From an uncultured Campylobacter sp. (GTDB lineage Bacteria > Campylobacterota > Campylobacteria > Campylobacterales > Campylobacteraceae), in NCBI GenBank assembly GCA_963515555.1, contig CAUPXB010000005.1, positions 29,032 through 93,031 on the forward strand: 64,000 bases of DNA, written 5' to 3'. A model generated the notes under the pieces. The model was given only the letters and a program-made list of their open reading frames with translations. It was not told the DNA's origin and searched no databases. Below, one piece after another: positions 41,951 through 52,003 of this stretch; within the stretch, counting starts at the first letter, position 1, and every line of letters begins with the position of its first letter. A program made the position numbers and the translations under genes.

Positions 41951-42836
41951 TTTATTTTACCTTTGGCTTTATAGATTTTTTAAATTTATCTTTACCGTTA
42001 CGCCCGCGTTTTTGCTAAATCCTTTTTTAAATTTCATCGCGTTTTTGTTTTATAAATTTGACGCAAAGCACACCAAAATCATCAGAGCAAATCTAAATTT
42101 CGTCTACGCCGAGGAGCTCACGGCCGAGCAAAAAGAACAAATCATAAAAGACACATACCAAAACTTCGCCAAATTTGCGGTAAATTTTATAAAAAATCAA
42201 AACGCGAGCAAGGAAAAAATCCTAGAAAAAGTTGAATTTAAAAACGAGCAAATCCTGAAAAACGCGCTTGCATCGGGCCGCCCGATCATCGTACAAACCG
42301 CGCACTACGGGCAGTGGGAGCTCTTTTCGCTTGCGATGGCGGCAAAATTCGGCGGCGTTAGCATCGTCGGACGCGCGCTTGATAGCGCGGTTATGCAGCG
42401 CATTTTGGCGGCAAACCGCACCCGCTTTGACATCGAGCTCATCGACAAGATGGGCGGCGCAAAGCAAATCCTAAAAGCGGTCAAGGCGCGCAGGCTAGTC
42501 GGCATCCTAGTCGATCAAAACACCGCCAAAGACGAGGGCGTGGAGGTCAAATTTTTCGGACAAAAGGTTTTACATACGCCCGCAGTTAGCATTTTTGCGC
42601 AAAAAACGGACGCGCTCATCGTGCCCGCATTTATCCGCGAAAAAGGGGCAAACCTCAGCGAGATTTGCTTTTTTCCGCCGATTGACGTTAGGGATTTTGA
42701 CAAAGATGAGGCCGTGCTAAAGGCCACGCAAGCGCAATCAGACGCCACAGAGGCCGCCGTACGCGAGAAACCTAGCGAGTACTTTTGGTTTCACAAACGA
42801 TTTAAGCATTTTAACGAGGAAATTTATAAATGTTAA
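41943..42836 (+). CDS. htrB: Lipid A late acyltransferase (HtrB/LpxL)
   Basis: TAHYGQWE (HX4E), LVDQ and YFWFHKRFK motifs. Confidence 0.92.
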   Translation: MRDLFYLWLYRFFKFIFTVTPAFLLNPFLNFIAFLFYKFDAKHTKIIRANLNFVYAEELTAEQKEQIIKDTYQNFAKFAVNFIKNQNASKEKILEKVEFKNEQILKNALASGRPIIVQTAHYGQWELFSLAMAAKFGGVSIVGRALDSAVMQRILAANRTRFDIELIDKMGGAKQILKAVKARRLVGILVDQNTAKDEGVEVKFFGQKVLHTPAVSIFAQKTDALIVPAFIREKGANLSEICFFPPIDVRDFDKDEAVLKATQAQSDATEAAVREKPSEYFWFHKRFKHFNEEIYKC

Positions 42837-43594
42837 GCGTCGTTATCCTCACGCTTAATAGCGAAAAATACCTCGCCGAGGTGCTAAAAAGCTGCGAATT
42901 TGCAGATGAAGTCGTCGTGGTCGATAGCGGCTCTACCGACGCGACGGGACAAATTTGCGCAGGGTTTAAAAACGTCAAATTTCGTAAAGAAAAATGGCTG
43001 GGATTTAGCGCGCAAAAGCAGCTAGGCGTGGATCTAGCGCGCAATCGCTGGGTTTTCGTGCTAGATAGCGACGAGGTGATTTTAGAGCCGCTGAGAGAGG
43101 AAATTTTGCAGGTTTTACAGCGCCCAGAGTTTTGCGCATACGAGGTGGCTCGCGCAAATATCTTTTTCGGTAAAGAAGTGCGCACTATGGGGCTTTATCC
43201 GGACTGCACGATCAGGCTGTTTGACAAGACGCGGGCGGAATTTGACGGGCGCGAGATACACGAAAAGGTTGTTTTAAAAAGCGCAGCCAAAACGGATGAA
43301 CAAACTCCGGCAGGCGGCGCAAATTTAACCGCCGCCAAAAATCAAATCGGCAGGCTAAAAAACCACTTCAAACACTACGCCTACGACAGCATCGAGCAGT
43401 TTATCGCTAAGCAAAATCGCTACTCGAGCCTTGGCGCAAAGGGTGCAAAATCAAGTAAATTTAAGGCCGTTTTAAATCCCGCGTGGACGTTTTTTAAGCT
43501 ATTTTTCCTAAAAAGCGGCTGGCGCGAGGGCTGGCGCGGCTACGTGATAGCAAGGCTTTACGCGCAATACACATTTTGGAAGTACGTAAAATGA
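42830..43594 (+). CDS. GT2 core glucosyltransferase (WaaE/KdtX-like)
   Basis: LSVVILT, DSGSTD, LDSDE, IRLF and KQNRYS motifs, with a short (about 22 aa) insertion. Confidence 0.85.
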   Translation: MLSVVILTLNSEKYLAEVLKSCEFADEVVVVDSGSTDATGQICAGFKNVKFRKEKWLGFSAQKQLGVDLARNRWVFVLDSDEVILEPLREEILQVLQRPEFCAYEVARANIFFGKEVRTMGLYPDCTIRLFDKTRAEFDGREIHEKVVLKSAAKTDEQTPAGGANLTAAKNQIGRLKNHFKHYAYDSIEQFIAKQNRYSSLGAKGAKSSKFKAVLNPAWTFFKLFFLKSGWREGWRGYVIARLYAQYTFWKYVK

Positions 43595-44679
43595 AAGATA
43601 AAAAAATCAAAATCCTAGTTATGAAATTTAGAAACATCGGCGACGTGCTGCTCACGACTCCGCTCGTCGAAAACCTGCGCCGCATCTACCCTGACGCGCA
43701 GATAGATTTCGCGCTAAACAAGGGCACAGAAGCGATGATCGAAGGCAACCCGAACATCCAAAACATCCATATCTACGACCGCGCAAATATAAAAGAGGTT
43801 GGCTTTTTCAAGCGACTTTGGCGCGAGCTAAAGTTTATCCGCGCGATCAAAAAGCAAAAATACGACATCGCCGTGCAGACCACGACGGGCGACCGCGGTA
43901 TCATCGTCGCCAAATACGCCAAAATAAAAACCATCGTGGGATTTGAGGGCAAAAACAAGACCGTAAATAAAATAATAACGCACAAAGCACCTAGAATAGG
44001 CGGCCTGCGCCACACAGTGGATCGTAATCTAGACGCCCTAGCCGCGCTCGGGCTTGAGCCAAGCGGCAAAAAAGTGAGCGTGTATTTTGATCCAGAGTGT
44101 ATCAGTCATCTAAATTTGCCGCCCAAATTTATCCACGTGCATCTAACTAGCCGCTGGATGTTTAAGTGCGCGGACGACGAAACTATGGCGCATATCATCG
44201 ACTTTTGCGAGAGCCTTGGCGCACGAGTGGTGCTAACGGCCGATAACAACGACGCCGAGCTAAAAAAGCTGGACGACGTGCTGGCGCTGTGTTCCTCTGG
44301 CCCCGTAAATCTGGGCGGCAAACTCACCCTAAAACAAACCGCCGCACTCTCAAAGTGCTCTGCGATGTTCATCGGCGTGGATACGGCGATCATGCACCTA
44401 GCCGCGGCCAACGACGTGCCCGTGATCGCGCTGTTTGGGCCTAGCGGGGCGTTTGAGTGGGGTCCGTGGGATAACGATCTAAACGAAAACGGCTATACGC
44501 AGCGCAACGGCAACCAAACTATGGGCAAGCACGCGGTATTTCAAAAAGACTGGGACTTCGTGCCGTGTGACAAAGAGGGGATGATAAAGCACGGCGTGGA
44601 GCGAACGCTGATGAGATTTGAGGGCGAGGAGCTGGAGGCGATAAAGAGGAAAATAAGGGAAAATTTGAGCCAGAGCTAA
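43591..44679 (+). CDS. GT9 heptosyltransferase III (WaaQ/RfaQ-like)
   Basis: KFRNIGDVLLTTP, HLTSRWMFK, GVDTAIMHLAAA and WGPW motifs. Confidence 0.85.
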   Translation: MKDKKIKILVMKFRNIGDVLLTTPLVENLRRIYPDAQIDFALNKGTEAMIEGNPNIQNIHIYDRANIKEVGFFKRLWRELKFIRAIKKQKYDIAVQTTTGDRGIIVAKYAKIKTIVGFEGKNKTVNKIITHKAPRIGGLRHTVDRNLDALAALGLEPSGKKVSVYFDPECISHLNLPPKFIHVHLTSRWMFKCADDETMAHIIDFCESLGARVVLTADNNDAELKKLDDVLALCSSGPVNLGGKLTLKQTAALSKCSAMFIGVDTAIMHLAAANDVPVIALFGPSGAFEWGPWDNDLNENGYTQRNGNQTMGKHAVFQKDWDFVPCDKEGMIKHGVERTLMRFEGEELEAIKRKIRENLSQS

Positions 44680-44877
44680 GCAGGCTTTGTAAAATTAGGC
44701 CGCTTTGGTTAAATTTTACGAGCGAATTTGAGCCGCAAGCGGTAAATTTGGCTATTTTGGTCAAATTTGGCGATTAAATTTATCGGCTCGGATTTTGTAA
44801 GTTCAAATTTGGCTTGAACGCCGGCCGTCAAATTTGACCTTCTTGATTTTATAAATTTGGGCGCCTAAATTTGACGT

Positions 44878-45292
44878 CTAGACCTTCTTTTCATTAAACA
44901 TATACGAGATCACGAAAACGATCAGACAAACGGGCGCGAACGCAAACGCAAACGCCACGCTCCAGCCGGCGGCACGCTCGCCCCAAAAATACCCTGCTGC
45001 GAGGCATGCCAAAAACCCGCCGTAAAAAGCGCCGAGCGATAAATTTTCTACCGTAAAAAGCAGTAAACTAAGATTTGGATTTTTTTACAAACAGCTTGCT
45101 TGGCTTGAAATCTTTATACCTTTTGAGCAGATACCAAAGCAGCGCGCAAGCCAAAATCGCAAATATTGCGACAAAAACGACAATCCTTAGCGCGCCCTCA
45201 AAAGGCAAAACATCCAAAATCAAAGCTGCCGCCCGCTAATCGAGCAGATATCTAGCTGTCCTGTGAAATTTATACCTTTGCTCTGCATCCAT
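44878..45292 (-). pseudogene. Disrupted small membrane protein gene (about 137 aa when repaired)
   Basis: ATG at 45292 after an AAGGGA RBS; in-frame TAG at 45236-45238; one extra base in the T7 tract at 45080-45086. The repaired frame gives several TM helices ending ...MFNEKKV*. Confidence 0.65.
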
Positions 45293-45339
45293 CGGTCTTA
45301 ATTCCCTTAAATTTTTTAATAAAATTCATATTAGAGAAT

Positions 45340-46104
45340 TTAGCGCATCTCTATATCTCTACCGCCCAAATAATATTCTTCCAGCGGATAATTTATATTG
45401 CCGCAGTTATCAAATTTAAACCCTTTTCCAATACCGACTACGGCATTTTTTCTCTCTTTATAGTATTTCTTCACGATAATAAAATTTCCTCTCTCTCTCG
45501 TATCGCACAGATACTCCGAATGGTTAAATTGCATATAATTGCCGTTAAATATAGCGAATTTATCAAGGAACAAAGTGCCTGTGACTTCTTTCTCGCCACC
45601 GTCAACCATAACTATCGGTCTGTCAAATCCAACGCTCGTATCTTTCAAATTTATTTTTAGATATTTCTTTGGATCGGTTTTTTTAGCCTTTAACTCTTTC
45701 ATGAGTATCTGCTCGGTCGTTTTTCCCTCTTGGTAATATTTTTCTAATATTTCAAAACAATTTGATAAGTTTATATTTTCTAGTTCATAGTATGCAACCT
45801 CGTATCTACTGGACCAAAGACTACCAAAGGTTTTCAACCTATAATCATCAATCATCCAATATAGCTTTACATCATAGTCCAAATATGCCCCGGCTACTCT
45901 TTTATACAGCTCCTCTTTGGGCAAAATTCTGTTTTCTTTGAGGCAATAGCCCTGCTTGTATTTGTCGTAGTCGGAAAGAGAAACTATCACAAAGCCTCGC
46001 GAGGTGGAATAATCGGGGATTATACGGATAAATGCTGCGCAAAGTATAGCCACTAGAAGTATCACCGCGGCTAGTATTTTAAATTTATATTTGCGAAATT
46101 TCAT
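45340..46104 (-). CDS. Hypothetical membrane-anchored/exported protein, AT-rich
   Basis: Start MKFRKYKFKILAAVILL after an AAAGGA RBS; one N-terminal TM helix; lower GC than its neighbours. Confidence 0.75.
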   Translation of the reverse strand: MKFRKYKFKILAAVILLVAILCAAFIRIIPDYSTSRGFVIVSLSDYDKYKQGYCLKENRILPKEELYKRVAGAYLDYDVKLYWMIDDYRLKTFGSLWSSRYEVAYYELENINLSNCFEILEKYYQEGKTTEQILMKELKAKKTDPKKYLKINLKDTSVGFDRPIVMVDGGEKEVTGTLFLDKFAIFNGNYMQFNHSEYLCDTRERGNFIIVKKYYKERKNAVVGIGKGFKFDNCGNINYPLEEYYLGGRDIEMR

Positions 46105-46260
46105 AATGGGTCCTTTAAATGCCGCCAACGAAGCAAACGCACGACCCGCCGCCGTGCGAAATTACGCCCGCTACTTCACGCCTTTTAAATTTGAGCGATC
46201 TTACGCAGACCGAACCAAATCCGCCAAAATACCTAATTTTACTCAAATTTAGAGCAAATT

Positions 46261-47019
46261 TTACTTCTTTATCTTTGAGTATATCCCGCCCAAAATGTCG
46301 TTTTGATAGATAAAAAGCGTGCGTTTTAGCCACGCAGCGTCATTTTTAGCGGCGATGCGCTTGATAGCCGATAGGTCGCCGTCGGGCCTGTTTATGCCTC
46401 GCTGCGTCGTAAAAAACGCCTCGTAGCCCGCCTGTCTAGCTAGACGCATCAAATTTTCGTCGTATTTGCCGCGCGGCCAGCACAAAATTTTATCCTCGAC
46501 GCCCAAATTTTCGCGCATAAACTCGCGGCACCGAGCGAAATTTTCCTCAGGCGGGAACGCGCCGAAATACTCGTCAAAATGCGTATGCGTATGCGAGTGA
46601 AAGTCAAAAACGTCCTGCATCGCAGCTATCTCGTCAAGACTCAAAAATACGTCCTGCGGACGCTGGGGCGCTGCTTTTTTGTATTCGGAGTGAGTTAGCT
46701 CGATAAACTCGCCCTGCCGCATGCTCGCGCGCTCTATCCACTGCGTCACTAAAAATATCGTCGCCCGTAGCCCAAACTCGCGCAAGACCTGGTAGGCGTA
46801 GACGTAGTTGTCCTTCCAACCGTCGTCAAAGGTGATGAGGACGCTTTTTTTGGGCACGGCTAGCTCGCCCTTTTTATAGGCGATAAATTCGCTCATCGTG
46901 AGCGTTTTGTAGCCCGCCTCGGCGAGAAATCTCATCTGCGAGGCAAAATCCTCCGCACTAGAGGCGATAAATCCGCCCTTTTTTAAAACGTGATGATACA
47001 TCAAAACGCTAACGCTCAA
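46261..47019 (-). CDS. Polysaccharide deacetylase (NodB/CE4 family, WabN-like role)
   Basis: LMYHHV, ITFDDG, HSHTHTH and WPRG motifs. Confidence 0.9.
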   Translation of the reverse strand: MSVSVLMYHHVLKKGGFIASSAEDFASQMRFLAEAGYKTLTMSEFIAYKKGELAVPKKSVLITFDDGWKDNYVYAYQVLREFGLRATIFLVTQWIERASMRQGEFIELTHSEYKKAAPQRPQDVFLSLDEIAAMQDVFDFHSHTHTHFDEYFGAFPPEENFARCREFMRENLGVEDKILCWPRGKYDENLMRLARQAGYEAFFTTQRGINRPDGDLSAIKRIAAKNDAAWLKRTLFIYQNDILGGIYSKIKK

Positions 47020-48346
47020 CGCCGCCTCCTTTAGCTCCAGTCCGCGCGGCTAACAAGACGAAAAATCCAAGCATATAAAACATATAAATTATGCGTAAAT
47101 TTATCGCCTCAAACAGCCCGCGCACGCCGAAATAACACGCTAGCGAGATAAAAATCGCCGCAAAAAGCAGCTCGCGCGAGCGCAAAAAATGCCTAAACGC
47201 ATACGCCAAAAGCGAGACAAAACCGCCCAGTAGCAGCGCCATGCCGACCGCTCCGTAGTAGTAATAATGCCCGATAAAAAACGGCTCGTCGTTAAACCAG
47301 TACCGCTCGCCGTTTGGCCTCGTCTGCATCATCGAGATCTGCGCGCCCTTGTCCGCCTCGTCTCGCAAAAATGCGTCGTACTGCTCCTTGCCGTATCCAA
47401 GCCCCGTTAGCGCGCGCGGACTAGCAAAAAGCAGCGGCAAGCGCTCCTTTAAAATCAAATCGCGCCCCGAGCTAAAGCTAAGCCCCGCGATACGCTCTCT
47501 CATGCTCTCGTTTCCCAGATTTGCCTCGCTCACTAGCCCGATCTGGAAAAATTTATACATCGCCGTGGGCGAACTCAAAACCGCCGCCGACGCGCCCACG
47601 ACGCAAACGGCGAAAATAACGGCAAAGAGTTTAAATTTACGCTTCGCCTCGCCGCCTAAGATATACAAACAAAAACCAAACATAATAAAACAAGCCAGTA
47701 CCGCACCCCAGCTACCTCTAACGCCGCTCAAAATATCAAGCCCGACGGCCGCCAAACAAAGCGCGCCGCACGAAACTCGCGCCCAAACTCGCCTAAAGAT
47801 AAAAACTCCCGCCAGTGCAAAAGGCAAAAATCTATCCACGTAGTCCGCGTACGCTCGGCGCACGACCCGCGCGTCAAATTCGCCCGCGCTGCCAAGCCTC
47901 TCAAATTCGCTAAAAAGCGGCGCGGCGTAATAAACGCTAATGACCGCAAAGGCCGCTATCAGCGCGTAAAAAAATAATTTTGCTTGATCGGTCTCGCCGT
48001 TTGCCGCGACGTAGACGATGAGCAAAAAAGCAAATCCGCGCCCAAACTCGCCCGCAGCGTTGCCCAGCGAATCAAACTGCGGCGCGTAGGGAAAAGCCGA
48101 GATCAAAAACGCGTAAAAGGTAAATGCGATAAGGCAAAACGCAGGCGAGCGAGAAAGGCTAAAATTTACCCCGACCCTTGTGGCAAATCGCGCCCTATCG
48201 GTAAAATAAAGCCAGATCGCGCATACGAGCGCAAGGTAAAGCGAGATGTTTTTCGCCGCCGTCATACGCGGAACGTGCTCGCAAGCGATAAAAACGCAAA
48301 CGAGGTATAAAGCGGCGTTTTGTAGGCGGTTTTGTAGCTTCGTCAT
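47009..48346 (-). CDS. O-antigen ligase-like (WaaL/Wzy_C) membrane protein
   Basis: About 12 TM helices; SGVRGSW; periplasmic loop SSGR...TGLGYG; likely start 48346 after AAGGGAG. Confidence 0.75.
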   Translation of the reverse strand: MTKLQNRLQNAALYLVCVFIACEHVPRMTAAKNISLYLALVCAIWLYFTDRARFATRVGVNFSLSRSPAFCLIAFTFYAFLISAFPYAPQFDSLGNAAGEFGRGFAFLLIVYVAANGETDQAKLFFYALIAAFAVISVYYAAPLFSEFERLGSAGEFDARVVRRAYADYVDRFLPFALAGVFIFRRVWARVSCGALCLAAVGLDILSGVRGSWGAVLACFIMFGFCLYILGGEAKRKFKLFAVIFAVCVVGASAAVLSSPTAMYKFFQIGLVSEANLGNESMRERIAGLSFSSGRDLILKERLPLLFASPRALTGLGYGKEQYDAFLRDEADKGAQISMMQTRPNGERYWFNDEPFFIGHYYYYGAVGMALLLGGFVSLLAYAFRHFLRSRELLFAAIFISLACYFGVRGLFEAINLRIIYMFYMLGFFVLLAARTGAKGGGVER

Positions 48347-48508
48347 TTTCTCCCTTAAATTTAAAGCGCCCATTATAACGATAAAATCATTAAAATCCAG
48401 TAAGCGGTTTTTAGTCGAATTTTAGCCCGCGCGCTCTCAAAAATGTCCGTAAATTTATAGATTTATGCTAAATTTGGACTAAATTTTTACAGAATAAAGG
48501 CCTAAATT

Positions 48509-49798
48509 TTGATATATTTTCTCGTATATTTGCTGATTTACCCATATCTTTTTGCGATGAAAAAGCTAAAATTTAAAGGCGAAAAAGGCAAAATTTTACT
48601 CATACAAACCGCTAAAATCGGCGACTACGCAAACTCGGCCGTGATCTTTGACAGTCTTGGCAAATTTGACGTGCTAATCGACGAGATAAACCTAGCCTTC
48701 GCAAAGCACGACAGCCGAATAGAAAAAATATTTACGATAAACGATGTAAAACGCAAAAAAGCCTCCAAACTAGGGCTCGCGCTCGAGCTTTTTTCGCGCG
48801 GCTACAAGAGCGTCTACGTGCTGATGCCAAACAGTCTAAATCTCTTTTTGGCGCGCTGCACTCTGGCTAAAAATATCGTCGCCGTGCATCACTACGCGGC
48901 ATCTAGCGACTTTACCTTGCTGGCGCTTGGCATGAAAAAAGTGCCGCATACCCTGCAAGATCTAACGCTACTAACCTACCTAAAAATGCTCGGCATTAGC
49001 GAACTAAAATATGAAAAATGCTTGCAGCAACCGCTCTTTATCCCGCAAGAAAATCTCGTAAAAAGCAGCAAATTTAAGATCGGCGTGAGTCTGAGCGCGG
49101 GCAATAAAATGAAAACGCCGCCAAATCATACTTGGGAGAAAATCTTTGAAATTTTCGCTAAATTTGACTGCGAGGTTTACATTTTCGGCGTCGGCGAGGA
49201 GGCGGCGCTACTAAAAAACCTGCTTGCAGAAAATATGGACGAAAAGCAGACAGAAAAACATAGCAATGGACAAATTTGCGCGGATTTAGCCGGTAGCGAT
49301 ACGAGCGAAATTTACGGCGGTCCTGAAAGTGTAAACGACGAGCAACCAAAAGCTCAAATTTACAGCGACAGCGGCACCTGCGACGAGTCAAATTTGAGCT
49401 CACAAACTTGCGATACTTACGTAAAAAAATTCGGCGAAAACGAACTAAAAATCATCTCCTTAATCGATAAAATCAAGCTTGAGGAGTTGCCGTTTTATCT
49501 CTCGCAGATGCAGCTTTACGCGAGCTCAGACACAGGCAACTACTACGTCGCAGATAGCGTTCGCACACCGACGATCTGCCTGATGGGGCCTTGCTTTGCC
49601 AGCGAGCAAAGGGGCGTCGCCGACTCGCTCGTCATAAATTCACATTTACCGCCCATTAGCTCCGTATTTAAAACCGTGCACGATATCGACGCGAGCGCGT
49701 TTTTCGAGCTTAACGAGCAAAACCTCGCAGACATCGAGGCCTTCGTCAAAGTTCGCTATATATCCTATCTATCCCGCAAAGATAATTTTCTATGCTAA
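48509..49798 (+). CDS. GT9 family glycosyltransferase with a low-complexity insertion
   Basis: IQTAKIGD and SSDTGNYY GT9-like motifs; an insertion of about 65 aa near 49230-49440. Confidence 0.75.
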   Translation: MIYFLVYLLIYPYLFAMKKLKFKGEKGKILLIQTAKIGDYANSAVIFDSLGKFDVLIDEINLAFAKHDSRIEKIFTINDVKRKKASKLGLALELFSRGYKSVYVLMPNSLNLFLARCTLAKNIVAVHHYAASSDFTLLALGMKKVPHTLQDLTLLTYLKMLGISELKYEKCLQQPLFIPQENLVKSSKFKIGVSLSAGNKMKTPPNHTWEKIFEIFAKFDCEVYIFGVGEEAALLKNLLAENMDEKQTEKHSNGQICADLAGSDTSEIYGGPESVNDEQPKAQIYSDSGTCDESNLSSQTCDTYVKKFGENELKIISLIDKIKLEELPFYLSQMQLYASSDTGNYYVADSVRTPTICLMGPCFASEQRGVADSLVINSHLPPISSVFKTVHDIDASAFFELNEQNLADIEAFVKVRYISYLSRKDNFLC

Positions 49799-50933
49799 AT
49801 GCCTTTATAACGGCTTCGTCGGGGCTTTTTGAGGCTGGCTTACGCAAGCTATCAAAGCAGGCCAAAAGCGCGTCCGAGCTTCTTTGAACTATAAAAAAAT
49901 CTTGCTTTTTTGAGGAGATTTCATAAATCTCCCTTATGACGGCGATATCAGAGTACACCACGCCAAGCCCGCAGCCAAGCGCCTCGATCACGACTCTAGG
50001 TAGTCCCTCGTCGCTGGAAAATCCAAGCACGTAGTCGCACGCTGCGTAAATCTCGTCCATCTTGGAGACAAAGCCCAGATACTCGGCTTTGTCCGATTTT
50101 ATCAGTGCGTCAAATTTGGCTTTCGCGCCCGCCTTTAGCTCGCCTCCGCCTGCGAAATAAACCTTTATATCGCTTCTTTTTAGTCCCGCAAGCGCGTCAA
50201 AAACTAGCTCGTGCCCCTTTAGCGTCAAGAAATTTGCGGGCATTACGATATTTATTTTTTCGGCGTCAAATTTGGCTTTTAGGGTGGCGCTTTTATCGTC
50301 GCCGCTATTTTTTAAATTTGACCGAGAATGGCTCAAATTTTCATCCGTCTCAGACTTTTCCCGCCTTAAAACAGGCGCCTCCACGGGGTTATAAACAACG
50401 TTTTTGGTCATTTTTATCTGCGCGGCGTAAAATTCGTAAGTAGCATTTGAAACACAAACGGGCGTAAATTTTAGCCGCTTTAAAATTTCAAGCTTAAAGG
50501 GCTCGACGGCCGAGTTTTTGCGCAGATGTTGCACTGCCGCGATATTTAGGGCATTTGCGGCGGCGATGTAGGCGAGATTGGTTGAAAAGTGATTATTTAG
50601 ATGAAGGATATCGGGCTGCACCTGCCGTAGCAGGCAAAGCGCATAGTCGTAGTCTTTTTTATAGAGGTATTTTGCTAAAATTTGACCGCCCAGCGTGCGT
50701 AAAAGCTCTTTTTTTAGCTTTGAGGGCTGCTTTTTTAGCTCAAATTTTATAAATTTAGCCCCGGCTTCTTCTATGATTTGCGAGATTTTGCGTCCGCCCG
50801 CCTCGTAATCAGTCTCAAAAAACGCGCAAAGATCGTATTTTTGCTGTGCGGCAAGCCCACGCAAAAGATACAAAAAACTCTTCGTCCCGCCTCCGTATTC
50901 GCGCCCCGTATCGACGAACAAAATCTTTTTCAT
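49746..50933 (-). CDS. GT4 glycosyltransferase
   Basis: GGGTKS, KGH and EGLPRVVIEA motifs; short insertion. Confidence 0.85.
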   Translation of the reverse strand: MKKILFVDTGREYGGGTKSFLYLLRGLAAQQKYDLCAFFETDYEAGGRKISQIIEEAGAKFIKFELKKQPSKLKKELLRTLGGQILAKYLYKKDYDYALCLLRQVQPDILHLNNHFSTNLAYIAAANALNIAAVQHLRKNSAVEPFKLEILKRLKFTPVCVSNATYEFYAAQIKMTKNVVYNPVEAPVLRREKSETDENLSHSRSNLKNSGDDKSATLKAKFDAEKINIVMPANFLTLKGHELVFDALAGLKRSDIKVYFAGGGELKAGAKAKFDALIKSDKAEYLGFVSKMDEIYAACDYVLGFSSDEGLPRVVIEALGCGLGVVYSDIAVIREIYEISSKKQDFFIVQRSSDALLACFDSLRKPASKSPDEAVIKAFSIENYLCGIDRIYSEL

Positions 50934-52003
50934 ATCATTTCCTTTAGCATCTCCCAGACCTCATCCGCGCCTATTTGCAGCATGCACTCCTGAAATTTGC
51001 AGTTTTTACCGACGCAAGGAGAACAGGTGCGCGGCTTTTTGATAAATTTATGGATATTTTCGTCAAAATCGGGATTTGAGTTTACGGGCGAAGCGACTGC
51101 AAAAAGCCCGATCGTAGGCGTTTTTAGTGCGGCTGCGACGTGCAGCGGACCGGTGTCTGGCGTCACTAGCACATCAAGCCTAGCTATCAGCGCGGCAGCC
51201 TCCCTCAGGCTAAATTTGCCCGCCGCATCTATCACGTGCGCGCTTCTTAACTCCTCGTCTAACTGCGCGGTCATCGCTCGCTCGGCGGGGCTGCCCGTTA
51301 GCACGATGACGGCGTCCGTGCGCTCCAAAATAATCTCCGCCAGCTCCCGCCAACGCTGCCAAAACCACTGCCTGGAAACCGTGCTAGCCCCCATCTGAAA
51401 GCCGATAAATTTGCGTTTGCCGTCTTTTTTTAGCATTTCATCGACGCGGGCGAAATCCTCATCGCGCAGATATAAATTTAGCTTCGTATCGCGACTCTCG
51501 ATGCCTACAAATTTAAGCTGCTCGAGGCGGTTTAGCACGACGTATCGCTCATCTCCGTATGGTTCCGGCTCGTTTGAGTGAAAGGGGCTAAATTTACTGC
51601 CGGCATTTGGCAGCTTAAAGACGTATTTAGCCCCGCTTAAAACAGCTAGCGGCGTGGCCTCGGGCTCGTTTGAGTGCAGGATAAAAACTATGTCAGGTTT
51701 TATCTTTTTTAGCTGTGATAAAGCGCGCAAAAATCCGCCCTTTTTGCCGTCGTAAAGTAAAATTTCGTCAACATTCGGATCTGTTTTAAAAAGCGGTGCG
51801 GTAGATGGATTTAGCAGCGCGACGGTGCGTACGTGCGGGAAATTTTGCCGAAAAACGCGAAAAACGGGCGTGTTAAAAATCGTATCGCCAAGCGCGGTGT
51901 TGCTAAAAAAACAAACCGTTTGGACAGGCTGCGTAACCAGCTGCGTTTTGCGCACGCTTTTAAAGCGCAAAATGAGTCGCGCCACGCTCTCAAAGAGCCT
52001 CAT
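50930..52003 (-). CDS. GT9 family heptosyltransferase-like protein
   Basis: NTALGD, FQMGAS and TPDTGPLHVAAA motifs. Confidence 0.87.
   Translation of the reverse strand: MRLFESVARLILRFKSVRKTQLVTQPVQTVCFFSNTALGDTIFNTPVFRVFRQNFPHVRTVALLNPSTAPLFKTDPNVDEILLYDGKKGGFLRALSQLKKIKPDIVFILHSNEPEATPLAVLSGAKYVFKLPNAGSKFSPFHSNEPEPYGDERYVVLNRLEQLKFVGIESRDTKLNLYLRDEDFARVDEMLKKDGKRKFIGFQMGASTVSRQWFWQRWRELAEIILERTDAVIVLTGSPAERAMTAQLDEELRSAHVIDAAGKFSLREAAALIARLDVLVTPDTGPLHVAAALKTPTIGLFAVASPVNSNPDFDENIHKFIKKPRTCSPCVGKNCKFQECMLQIGADEVWEMLKEMI

Noticed and set aside
50107..50279. 17-bp direct repeat GCGTCAAATTTGGCTTT inside a GT4 gene
   Set aside because: It is centred on the ubiquitous TCAAATTT motif and encodes KAKFDA in frame both times; insufficient evidence for a mobile-element target duplication.
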